Shown piece after piece: positions 37,166 through 45,419 of a DNA stretch of 64,000 nt (its first letter is position 1; every line of letters begins with the position of its first letter). A program made the position numbers and the translations under genes. This DNA is from Nakamurella sp. (GTDB lineage Bacteria > Actinomycetota > Actinomycetes > Mycobacteriales > Nakamurellaceae): the NCBI RefSeq assembly GCF_048594475.1, contig NZ_JBMDXT010000162.1, positions 2,093 to 66,092 on the forward strand, read 5' to 3'. The notes under the pieces are model-generated. The model had not been told where the DNA came from, searched no databases, and was given only the letters and a program-made list of their open reading frames with translations.

Positions 37166-37831
37166 TCAGGCAGCGGCCTGGTCCGCCGCTTCCTTCCGCT
37201 TCTCGATGAGAGTGATCAGGTCGTGAAGCGGCTTGGTGCCCGCACCGATGATCAAGGCCGTCCCCAGGACCTCCATCCAGAAGTACGGAACCGGGATCCC
37301 GACGGTGGACAGCAGGTAGAAGCCGAACGAACCGCTCGCCAGCGCGGCCAGGCCGGTGGCCAGACCCCAGAAGAGGATGGTCTTCTCGGCGGTTCGACGG
37401 GCGTCCTTGGCCTTGGCCCCGGCAGCGGACTTGACCGCCTCGGCGACCTCCGCCTCGCCGATCGACGGGTCGGCGGCGGCCATGCGGGCAGCCTGCATCG
37501 TCGTGAGTGCCGCGCTCCTTTCCTCGTCCCCGATCCCGAGGAACAGGGCGACCGGCTCGAGGAGCCGCTCCAGGGCCTGAGCGCCGACGAAGAAGACAGC
37601 GAAAATGGTCAGTCCCTCGACGAGGGCCGGAGTGGTGGCGGGTGGAAAGGTGGTGTGCGGCAGGAACTCCGACGCGACGAACACGCAGGCAGCGACGAAA
37701 GCGCCCGCGATGAGCACGACGGCCCATGTCGGACTCGTTGGCTCGGTCGAGCTTTCGCTGAACGGGGCCGCGACGATGCTCTTGTCGTACGGGTCGGTGG
37801 TCCGGTTGATGACGGAAACGGTGGCGACCAT
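37166..37831 (-). CDS. Membrane protein (4 TM helices with a central Ala/Lys-rich segment), first gene of the DJ-1 operon
   Basis: ATG 37831 preceded by GGAGG-N6. Helices: WAVVLIAGAFVAACVFVASEF, GLTIFAVFFVGAQAL, ILFWGLATGLAALASGSFGFYLL, MEVLGTALIIGAG. Confidence 0.7.
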   Translation of the reverse strand: MVATVSVINRTTDPYDKSIVAAPFSESSTEPTSPTWAVVLIAGAFVAACVFVASEFLPHTTFPPATTPALVEGLTIFAVFFVGAQALERLLEPVALFLGIGDEERSAALTTMQAARMAAADPSIGEAEVAEAVKSAAGAKAKDARRTAEKTILFWGLATGLAALASGSFGFYLLSTVGIPVPYFWMEVLGTALIIGAGTKPLHDLITLIEKRKEAADQAAA

Positions 37832-38500
37832 GTGATTCCTCCAGGGGCCGTCGAGGTGGCTGGTGCATGGGTGCGGGACGGGGAGCCCGGCCGGACGGCG
37901 TGTCCGTCGGGGCCCCGGGGTCAGCGGGAAATTGGATTCCGCCCATTCCGGGGGCGGTACCGAGTTCCGGGCCGGCGTAGCCCGGAGGTGCTGGTCGTAC
38001 CGAAAAGCAGATGCTCGAGCGGGCCGATTTCCGCTCGGACGGGAAACGGCCCGGCCGGGTGCGCTCAGAGAGCAGCCCGAATGTTTCCGGGGCCGGCCCG
38101 GGCGGTCATCACCGGTGGTGGCTCAGCTGTCCATCGCGTGCCTCCAGTAAGAACCCGACGCAGCCGGTCGGCTCACTCGATCGTGTCGAACCATCCGGTC
38201 GAGGTCATCATTTGTCCGGATGATCCCTTCCGTCCGACCCCGGGAGGACGGAGCGCATCACCCTCGCCGCGCGATCGGTGGTCCTCACCGATCACACAGT
38301 TCGTTCCGCATCGATTCCCAGCTCCAACGGCGCGCCGTGCGCCCGCCGTCCTACCGGAGCACGACGGACAGGTCCTTCCTGCGGACGACGCGCTCGCGGC
38401 CCGACCTCGCGAGTATTGGTCCGATCGACGAGCGTGGATCGCCCTGCGAATCCAATGAGCCTTGTGCGACGATTAATCCTTGGTGTCCGATTGGGGGTTC

Positions 38501-41158
38501 ATGATGAGCAATGCGATGAACTGCGTCCCGAAGGCCAATCAGCCGGACGACCGCGGTGAATGGGTCACGGGCCGGTACCTGGCCGACAACGGACGCTGGT
38601 TCGTCCAGCTGCGGATCGGCGCCGGCCGACGTCCGACGGTCAGCGCCGACCTTCAGGTCCGTGACGGGTCGAGCCTGATCGAGCTGTCGATGCTCGCTCG
38701 ATCGCCGGACGCGGCCCCTGCTCGGCCGGGCGGCACCCAGGACATCGAAAGCGACGCTCCCGAGGAGGCGTGGCCGCAGCCTGAACGGGAAGCCGTCTTC
38801 GCCGACGGACGGGGCGCGCTGTCGTCCGGGAAGGTCCGCGTCGACATCGTCGACCACGGGCTTGTCGACGTGACCTTCACTCTCGGACGGGGCCTGGCCG
38901 GGCTTGTCTCCGGGTATTCGGTGACCCTCAGAGCCGCCCGGGTGAGCACGGCACTGCGCGACGTCGGGCTGGAGGTCGAGTACGAGTCGGGCGTGGAGAG
39001 GTATTTCACCGATGAACTGCACGACGCCAAGTCAGCTCTCGAGAAGGTTTTGCATCAAGCGGGTCTGGACATCCACGAGGTCGGTCGGCGCACCGTCATC
39101 GACAGTCCCCCCGGCGGGGCATGGTCGGCGTCGGACGTCTTCACCGCCCTGAACAATCAGCTGCGAGCCGCGGCCCAATCCCCACTGACATCGCCGGTGT
39201 GGGAACTGCACCTGCTGCTGCTGTCCAAGAGCAGCCGGGACGGCCTGCTGGGCATGATGTTCGATTTCGCCGATGATCTGCCTCGACAGGGCGCCGCGGT
39301 ATTCGTCGAAGCGGTCCACGACAGTTGCCCGGACAAGAAGGATTCACCGACGCGAATCCTGGCCACGGCGGTGCACGAACTCGGACACTGCCTCAATCTC
39401 ACCCACCGCTTCACCCGCGACGTGGGGCGGGCGGACTCCCTGTCGTTCATGAACTACGACTGGGTCTATCGGGGTGGGCGGCACGCCGACCAGTACTGGC
39501 GGGATCGGCGCGACCCACTGTCGGAGGATCCCGGTCCGAACGCTCCCCGGAGACGGACGTTCGACGACGACGAGCTCGAGTTTCTGCGCCACGGACCTCG
39601 CTTCGAGGTCATCCCGGGTGGTGCTCCATTCGGATCGGCCCGCTACTGGATCACCGCCGATGGGGGGTCGGCCGATCTACCGGTCCATCCCGATCCAGGT
39701 CTTCACCTGTGGCTGACTCCACCGGTCACCGGCACCCGGTTCAACTATCTGGACCCCGTCTTCCTCCAGGTCTCACTGCGGAACAAGGGTGGATCAGCTC
39801 GCCGCATGCCCCGGTATGCGCTCGACACGAAGGCGGGCCTGCTCGACATCGTCATCCGACGGCGCGCGGCGCCGGGACGGGGTGCCGCTTCGGACGGTGA
39901 CCTCTTCGTGCCGTTCATGCGCCGCTGTTTCAGCGTCACCGGCTCCCAGGAGATCGTGCTCCAACCGCGGGAGTCCCTGCACAACAACGTGAATCTGACG
40001 TTCGGCTCGGCCGGCTTCCCGCTGGCGGAGCCGGGGGAATACCTGATCACGCCCTTGCTGACATTGTTCGACGTTGATCCGAGCGTCGAGGGGCGACCGA
40101 GCCTGACGGTGGTTCAGGGTCCGGAACTCGCCATCACCATCGACCCCCCGGACACCCGGGCCCGCGAACGCGATGCCGACCTCGTCCTGCGCAATGACGT
40201 GGGCGCCAGCTTCGCGCTCGGCGGCGCGGACTGTCTGCTGGCGGCGACCGAGACGCTGCAGATGCTCGTCGAGCGACGCGATCGTGACGATCGGGGCGGT
40301 CGCCCGGACGGGCTGCGGGCCGCCGCCGCCCGCGTGGTGGGGCTGAACGCACTTCGCCACGATCGGGGCGGCGAGGCGGCCCGATGGCTGAGAGTCGCCA
40401 CCGAGCCGACGTCGCTGGCGACGTTCGACCCGCACACCGCCGAGCACACGAGACGGATGGCCGCGAAGCGAACGGCCGCGCGGAGAACCGACACGGCCTA
40501 CCTGGACCTGACGGTGCAGGTCACCGAGGAGACCCGCCAGCGCAAGCGTCCGGTACCGGGCGTTCTCGTGTCGCAGGACGTCAAGATGTCCAGCGGTCGC
40601 CCGGGGAGCCTTCTGGTGGTCGACGCCACCACATTCGCCGGCGATCCGGTGGTCCGCGCCCAGGCCGTCGTCTCGACCGACGAGGGCAGCACCGAGACGG
40701 TCACTGTGCGGCAGATCGACGTCTTCGGCGCCGTCGGCGACAGCGGTCGGACCACCTCCGGTGACGGGGGACCCGGCCCGGTGGCCGTCGCCTATCTGGA
40801 CCGGGTCCTGACCGGCGGCGGGTCGGCCGCGAAGGTCGATCTCGGGGTCCTTCGCTCCGATGTGGGACGGACGGCGGACGGTGTGCGAGGCGTCCTGACC
40901 CGGGCCGGCCTGGAAATCCCATCTGCGGATGACGATCTCGACGCCGGCCCGTTGCGCGTGGTCGCCGCCGCGGGCCACGCAGCACCCTGGGACGGCAATG
41001 ACGACGGGTCCGCCCCGGCCCAGGAGGTGCGCAGCGAGTCCTACATCTGGCACAAGGCGGCCTGGAAGTGGTGCTGGTTTCTCAACATCTGTCACGAGGG
41101 GCCGCCCGACCCGTACGCCAGCGGTGAGTCCGGCCCGGACCGCCCCCCGGACGCATGA
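38501..41158 (+). CDS. 885-aa multidomain protein with metzincin-type HExxHxxxxxH motif and no signal peptide
   Basis: ORF 38480-41158; ATG 38501/38504 follow GGGGG. HELGHCLNLTH at 39374-39406, then SFMNYD. Hydrophilic N-terminus. C-terminal WKWCWFLNIC at 41066-41095. GC3-rich throughout. Confidence 0.85.
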   Translation: MMSNAMNCVPKANQPDDRGEWVTGRYLADNGRWFVQLRIGAGRRPTVSADLQVRDGSSLIELSMLARSPDAAPARPGGTQDIESDAPEEAWPQPEREAVFADGRGALSSGKVRVDIVDHGLVDVTFTLGRGLAGLVSGYSVTLRAARVSTALRDVGLEVEYESGVERYFTDELHDAKSALEKVLHQAGLDIHEVGRRTVIDSPPGGAWSASDVFTALNNQLRAAAQSPLTSPVWELHLLLLSKSSRDGLLGMMFDFADDLPRQGAAVFVEAVHDSCPDKKDSPTRILATAVHELGHCLNLTHRFTRDVGRADSLSFMNYDWVYRGGRHADQYWRDRRDPLSEDPGPNAPRRRTFDDDELEFLRHGPRFEVIPGGAPFGSARYWITADGGSADLPVHPDPGLHLWLTPPVTGTRFNYLDPVFLQVSLRNKGGSARRMPRYALDTKAGLLDIVIRRRAAPGRGAASDGDLFVPFMRRCFSVTGSQEIVLQPRESLHNNVNLTFGSAGFPLAEPGEYLITPLLTLFDVDPSVEGRPSLTVVQGPELAITIDPPDTRARERDADLVLRNDVGASFALGGADCLLAATETLQMLVERRDRDDRGGRPDGLRAAAARVVGLNALRHDRGGEAARWLRVATEPTSLATFDPHTAEHTRRMAAKRTAARRTDTAYLDLTVQVTEETRQRKRPVPGVLVSQDVKMSSGRPGSLLVVDATTFAGDPVVRAQAVVSTDEGSTETVTVRQIDVFGAVGDSGRTTSGDGGPGPVAVAYLDRVLTGGGSAAKVDLGVLRSDVGRTADGVRGVLTRAGLEIPSADDDLDAGPLRVVAAAGHAAPWDGNDDGSAPAQEVRSESYIWHKAAWKWCWFLNICHEGPPDPYASGESGPDRPPDA

Positions 41159-42372
41159 TGACCAGGCACCCGGGCGCCCCGTCACGGCTGCGGTCAGTCG
41201 GTCGGCCGCCGCCGTGGAGCGACATCGGGCTGGCGACCGTCCTGTTCGTGGTGGATACGCTGGTGTTCTCGTCGATCACCGTGGTCAGCCAGGGCGGCGT
41301 CCCGGCGCTTCTGCTGAGCATCGGGGTCTTCGCACCGCTCGCGTGGCGGACGATCGCACCCGTGCGGGTCTTCTTCGTCGTCTGGTTCTTCACGGTGTCC
41401 GCGGCGCTGGTCGTCCCGGAGCTGAGGCCGGTGCTCGCCCTCCTGGTCGCCACCTACACCATGTCGAGCAGGACGGACTTGCGGACATCACTGCTGGCAC
41501 CCGCGCTCGCCGTCCCGACCGGAGGTGTGATCGCGGTCAGCGCGGAGCTCGATCAGAACCCCGAGATGCAGGCGTGGACCATCGCCGTCAGCGTCGGCGT
41601 GCTCGTCGGCCTGCTCAATCTCGCGCCGTGGCTGCTCGGCCGATGGGTCTACGCAAGCCGATCCGCGGTGGCGGCTCTCGAACTGGCTCGACAACGCGAA
41701 GCCGAACAGGCCCGGGTGGAGGAACGCCGGCAGATCGCCCTGGAACTCCACGACATCATCTCGCACTCCGTCACCGTCATGGTGCGGCAGGCCGACGGCG
41801 CCCGCGCGGTCCTCGGAGGCGACCCCGCCGCGGTCGCCAATTCCCTCGAGCTGATCGCGAAGGTGGGTCGTGATTCCATCGGCGAGTTGCGACGTCTGCT
41901 CGGTGTGCTGACCGATGGAACGCTCGCGCCGGTCGCGAGTGAGGCCGCCGGACTCGCCGATCTGACCACGGTGATCGACGACGCCGAGCGGGATGGGCTG
42001 CGGGTACGCCTGCAGGTCAGTGGCCGCCAACCGCCCGTGCCCGACAGTTTCGAGCGCACCGTCTTCCGGATCGTTAAGGAAGGTCTGGTCAACGCCCGCA
42101 AGCACGGCGGGCATGGCAACCGGGTGACCGTGCAGATGTTCTGGAGCGACAGCGTTCTCGTCCTGACGATCGCCGACACCGGCGGGCAACCCGACTCCGA
42201 CGCCTCGTTGTCGACGGGGAACGGTCTGAACGGATTGCGGGAACGAGTCCGGGCGAGCAATGGTCGGCTCGACGCCGGGCCGGGCCCGGACGGGGGCTTC
42301 GCCGTGACCGCGACCCTTCCGATCCCGCCGACGGCCACGCCGGTGACGACGGCGGGAGGCAGCCAGCCGTGA
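41155..42372 (+). CDS. HisKA_3-type sensor histidine kinase with multi-TM N-terminus and no large external loop
   Basis: ATGA overlap with the upstream gene. H-box QIALELHDIISHSVT. HATPase motifs KEGLVNARKH, ADTGG, GNGLNGLRERV. About 5 closely spaced TM helices. Confidence 0.9.
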   Translation: MMTRHPGAPSRLRSVGRPPPWSDIGLATVLFVVDTLVFSSITVVSQGGVPALLLSIGVFAPLAWRTIAPVRVFFVVWFFTVSAALVVPELRPVLALLVATYTMSSRTDLRTSLLAPALAVPTGGVIAVSAELDQNPEMQAWTIAVSVGVLVGLLNLAPWLLGRWVYASRSAVAALELARQREAEQARVEERRQIALELHDIISHSVTVMVRQADGARAVLGGDPAAVANSLELIAKVGRDSIGELRRLLGVLTDGTLAPVASEAAGLADLTTVIDDAERDGLRVRLQVSGRQPPVPDSFERTVFRIVKEGLVNARKHGGHGNRVTVQMFWSDSVLVLTIADTGGQPDSDASLSTGNGLNGLRERVRASNGRLDAGPGPDGGFAVTATLPIPPTATPVTTAGGSQP

Positions 42373-43061
42373 CGGTGCGCGTGCTGGTGGTCGACGATCA
42401 CGCGCTGATCCGCACCGGCCTGGCGATGCTGTTGAACGCCCAGCCTGACATCCAGGTCGTCGCCGAGGCCCGGGACGGAGCCGAGGCGATCGCCATGGCC
42501 GCCGAGCATCAGCCCGACGTCGTCCTCATGGACGTCCGGATGCCCGGGACCGACGGGGTCACCGCCACGAGGCATCTTGTCCAGGAGCCCGACGATGTCG
42601 ACCACCTCGTCAAGGTGATCATCCTGACGACCTACAACGCCGACGACGCCGTCTACGCCGCGCTCCGCGCCGGGGCATCCGGGTTTCTGCTCAAGGACGC
42701 CGAGCCGGACGAGCTCATTCGCGCCGTCCGTGCGGTCGCCGCCGGCGACGGGTGGCTCGATCCGTCCGTCGCCCGGCGGTTGATCTCCGAGTTCCGTTCC
42801 CGCCCGGACACGAACCTGGCGCCGTCGGACGCACTCGCCCAGCTCACTGCGAGAGAGCGTCAGGTGCTCATTCTCATGGCCCACGGGCTGACAAACGACG
42901 ATCTCGTCGAACGTCTCACCGTCGAGATGACGACCGTCAAGACACATGTCGGACGAATCCTGATGAAACTGGCCGTCCACGATCGCGCGCAGGCGGTCGC
43001 AACCGCCTATCAGCACGGACTGGTCCGACCCGGTGATCCCCCGCCCCGCTATGGCGGGTAA
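42369..43061 (+). CDS. NarL/LuxR-family response regulator
   Basis: GTGA overlap with the kinase gene. Receiver motifs VLVVDDHALI, PDVVLMDVRMPGTDG. HTH LTARERQVLILMAHGLTNDDLVERLTVEMTTVKTHVGRIL. Confidence 0.95.
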   Translation: MTVRVLVVDDHALIRTGLAMLLNAQPDIQVVAEARDGAEAIAMAAEHQPDVVLMDVRMPGTDGVTATRHLVQEPDDVDHLVKVIILTTYNADDAVYAALRAGASGFLLKDAEPDELIRAVRAVAAGDGWLDPSVARRLISEFRSRPDTNLAPSDALAQLTARERQVLILMAHGLTNDDLVERLTVEMTTVKTHVGRILMKLAVHDRAQAVATAYQHGLVRPGDPPPRYGG

Positions 43062-43090
43062 CCCGACGGTCGACGACCCCGCCCGATCGG

Positions 43091-43567
43091 CTAGGCCCGG
43101 GCCTGCAGCACGACCACCCCGATGATGACGATGACGAAGGCGGCGACCGCCCAGATCGCCACGATCACCGTGCGGTCGGCCCCGCGGAGCGCCGGGGCGA
43201 CGTTCGCCAGCGAGTGCGGCGCGATGCACGCCAGGGTGGGGTTCTGCGGGTCGTGGTAGACGTCGACCAGGGTGCCGACCCGCGGGGTGCCGGCCGCCCG
43301 GATCCGCGAGGTGAAGGTGACCTCGCGCCCGTCGACCGTCCGGTAGGTGATGACGGGCCGGCGGATCCGCTGCATCGTGCCGTCTTTGGCCTTCGCCCGG
43401 CGGCCGTAGGACTGCTCGTCGACCACGACGCCGCTGGCCGGCAGCCACCCGGAGGGCACCTGCGGGATCGACCGCGACCGTGTGGAGTACCGGACCTGGC
43501 GGGTGGCGAACGACGCGGCGAGCAGGATGGGTACCGCCGCCAGGAGGAGGCTCAGCCAGTCGGGCAC
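43091..43567 (-). CDS. DUF3592-like membrane protein
   Basis: GTG 43567. N- and C-terminal TM helices flank a beta-rich domain (PVITYRTVDGREVTFTS...VGTLVDVYHDPQNP). Confidence 0.75.
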   Translation of the reverse strand: MPDWLSLLLAAVPILLAASFATRQVRYSTRSRSIPQVPSGWLPASGVVVDEQSYGRRAKAKDGTMQRIRRPVITYRTVDGREVTFTSRIRAAGTPRVGTLVDVYHDPQNPTLACIAPHSLANVAPALRGADRTVIVAIWAVAAFVIVIIGVVVLQARA

Positions 43568-43606
43568 CCGACGATGATGTCAGCAAATGTGCGTACGGTG
43601 GGCGGC

Positions 43607-44275
43607 ATGCGGGTCGTCATCGCGGGTGGACACGGCAAGATCGGGTTGCGGCTGGCCAGGCTGCTCGGCGAGCGGGAGGAACACGCGATCGCGTTGGTCC
43701 GCTCCGCGGAGCAGGAGGCCGACGTCGTCGCCCTCGGCGCCCATCCGGTGATCTTCGATCTGGAGGCCGGCTCGGCGCAGGATCTGGCGACCGTGCTGGC
43801 CGGCGCGGACGCGGTGGTGTTCGCCGCCGGCGCCGGTCCGGGCAGCGGGGCCGACCGCAAGGACACCGTCGACCGGGGCGCCGCCGTGCTGCTGGCCCAG
43901 GCCTGCGAGCTGGCCGGGGTGCGGCGCTACGTCATGGTCTCGTCGATGGGCGCGGACACCGGTGCCGCCGGCCTGCCGGCGGGGGCGGACGAGGTCTTCG
44001 CCGCCTACCTGGACGCGAAGAAGGCCGCCGACGACGATCTGCGCGCCCGCGACCTGGACTGGACGATCCTGCGCCCCGGCGCCCTGACCATGGCGTCCGG
44101 CACCGGCGAGGTGCGGCTGGCCGAGAAGACCGGCCGGGGCGAGGTGCCGCGGGAGGACGTCGCCGCGGTGCTGCTGGCGTTGCTCGACGAGCCCCGCACC
44201 GCCGGGCTGACCCTGGAGCTGATCGGCGGCGACACCCCGATTCCCGAGGCCGTGGCCGCCGTCCTGCCCGGCTGA
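43607..44275 (+). CDS. NAD(P)H-binding (NmrA/atypical SDR-like) protein
   Basis: ATG 43607 within ORF 43214-44275. Rossmann motif MRVVIAGGHGKIGLRL. Also YVMVSSMGA, YLDAKKAADDDL. Confidence 0.85.
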   Translation: MRVVIAGGHGKIGLRLARLLGEREEHAIALVRSAEQEADVVALGAHPVIFDLEAGSAQDLATVLAGADAVVFAAGAGPGSGADRKDTVDRGAAVLLAQACELAGVRRYVMVSSMGADTGAAGLPAGADEVFAAYLDAKKAADDDLRARDLDWTILRPGALTMASGTGEVRLAEKTGRGEVPREDVAAVLLALLDEPRTAGLTLELIGGDTPIPEAVAAVLPG

Positions 44276-44277
44276 CC

Positions 44278-44357
44278 GCGCGGATCAACGTCCCCGGCGC
44301 GGCTCAACTCGTCGACGTCCGCCCCACCCGTCCCAACCGGCGTCACTTCGTCCGCGC
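44278..44357 (+). repeat. Dispersed 80-bp intergenic repeat (copy A)
   Basis: gcgcggatcaacgtccccggcgcggctcaactcgtcgacgtccgccccacccgtcccaaccggcgtcacttcgtccgcgc. By hand, about 69 of 80 positions are identical to the reverse complement of 45420-45499. Confidence 0.85.
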
Positions 44358-44403
44358 GAGCGCGGTTCCGGCGTGGCCGGACGACGGTGGGTAGCGTGAC
44401 CGG

Positions 44404-45393
44404 ATGGCCCGCTCCAGCGACACCGGCGACCCGATCGAGCTGACGGTCGGCGAGCGCACCGTGCGCGTCACCAACCCGCTGCGCGTCTACTTCCCCGAGA
44501 CCGGCGCGACCAAGCTCGACCTGGCGCACTACTACCTGTCGGTCGGCGACGGCATCGTCAACGCCCTGCGCGAACGGCCGTGCATGATGCACCGGTTCCC
44601 CGAGGGTCTGGCCGGCGAGAAGGTGCACCAGAAGCGGCTTCCCCGCGGCGCACCCGACTGGGTGCAGACGGTGAAGGTCTTCTTCCCCCGGTACCGGCGG
44701 ACCGCCGACGAGCTGTGCGTCACCGAGCTGGGCAGCGTGGTCTGGGCGGTGCAGATGTCCACCGTCGAGTTCCACCCGTGGAACTCGCGGCGGGCCGACA
44801 CGGAGAAGCCCGACGAGTGGCGGATCGACCTGGACCCGATGCCCGACTGCGACTTCGGCCGGGTCCGGCGGGTCGCCGGCGTCGCCCACGAGGTGCTGGA
44901 CGAGCTCGGCGCGGTCGGCTGGCCCAAGACGTCCGGCGGCCGGGGCCTGCACATCTACGTCCGCATCCCGCCACTCTGGGGTTTCGCCGACGTGCGGCGG
45001 GCGGCGCTGGCCTTCGCCCGCGAGGTCGAGCGCCGCGCCCCGGCCGACGTCACCACCGCCTGGTGGCGCAAGGATCGGGACCCGGCGATGCTCTTCGTCG
45101 ACTACAACCAGAACGCCCGCGACCACACCATCGCCAGCGCGTACTCGGTGCGCGGGACGCCCCGCGGGACCGTCTCGACCCCGGTCCGCTGGGACGAGAT
45201 CGACGACGTGCTGCCCGACGACTTCACCATCGCCACCGTGCCGGCGCGGTACGCCGAGCTCGGCGACCTGCACGCCGGCATCGACGGCGCGCCGTTCGAC
45301 ATCACCCCGCTGCTGGAGTGGGCCGACCGCGACGAACGGCAGGGTGCCGCCGATCCGGGCGAACCGGACGCCGTCGACCTCGACGGCCGCTGA
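44404..45393 (+). CDS. Stand-alone LigD polymerase/primase (PolDom) protein of the NHEJ family
   Basis: ORF 44404-45393. Motifs: LTNPLRVYFPETGATKLDLAHYY, VEFHPW, WRIDLDP, KTSGGRGLHIYV, VDYNQNARDHTIASAYSVRG. Confidence 0.85.
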   Translation: MARSSDTGDPIELTVGERTVRVTNPLRVYFPETGATKLDLAHYYLSVGDGIVNALRERPCMMHRFPEGLAGEKVHQKRLPRGAPDWVQTVKVFFPRYRRTADELCVTELGSVVWAVQMSTVEFHPWNSRRADTEKPDEWRIDLDPMPDCDFGRVRRVAGVAHEVLDELGAVGWPKTSGGRGLHIYVRIPPLWGFADVRRAALAFAREVERRAPADVTTAWWRKDRDPAMLFVDYNQNARDHTIASAYSVRGTPRGTVSTPVRWDEIDDVLPDDFTIATVPARYAELGDLHAGIDGAPFDITPLLEWADRDERQGAADPGEPDAVDLDGR

Positions 45394-45419
45394 CCCGGCC
45401 GGCCGGCGTGTGGACACCT

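Noticed and set aside
36396-37946. Upstream 517 codons of the 782-aa ORF 35598-37946
   Set aside because: They overlap two well-supported genes (DJ-1-like, membrane protein) in another frame and give an Arg/Gly/Pro-rich translation. The cupin starts at ATG 36395.
41042-41158. YxxxD/E-type (type VII) secretion signal in the C-terminal tail of the giant protein (PYASGE)
   Set aside because: A single short match in a Pro/Gly-rich tail, without the helical hairpin or WxG context that such signals require. It is most likely chance.
38351-41185. Antisense ORFs (223 aa, 463 aa and smaller) opposite the giant metzincin-motif gene
   Set aside because: There are no motifs, the composition is Arg/Gly/Pro-rich, and the plus frame is GC3-rich and continuous for 885 codons.
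29271-43090. Integrase, transposase, tRNA or att sites marking the accessory block as a genomic island
   Set aside because: None were found on either strand at the borders or inside the block. Island status therefore rests only on composition and gene content, and is kept as a hypothesis.
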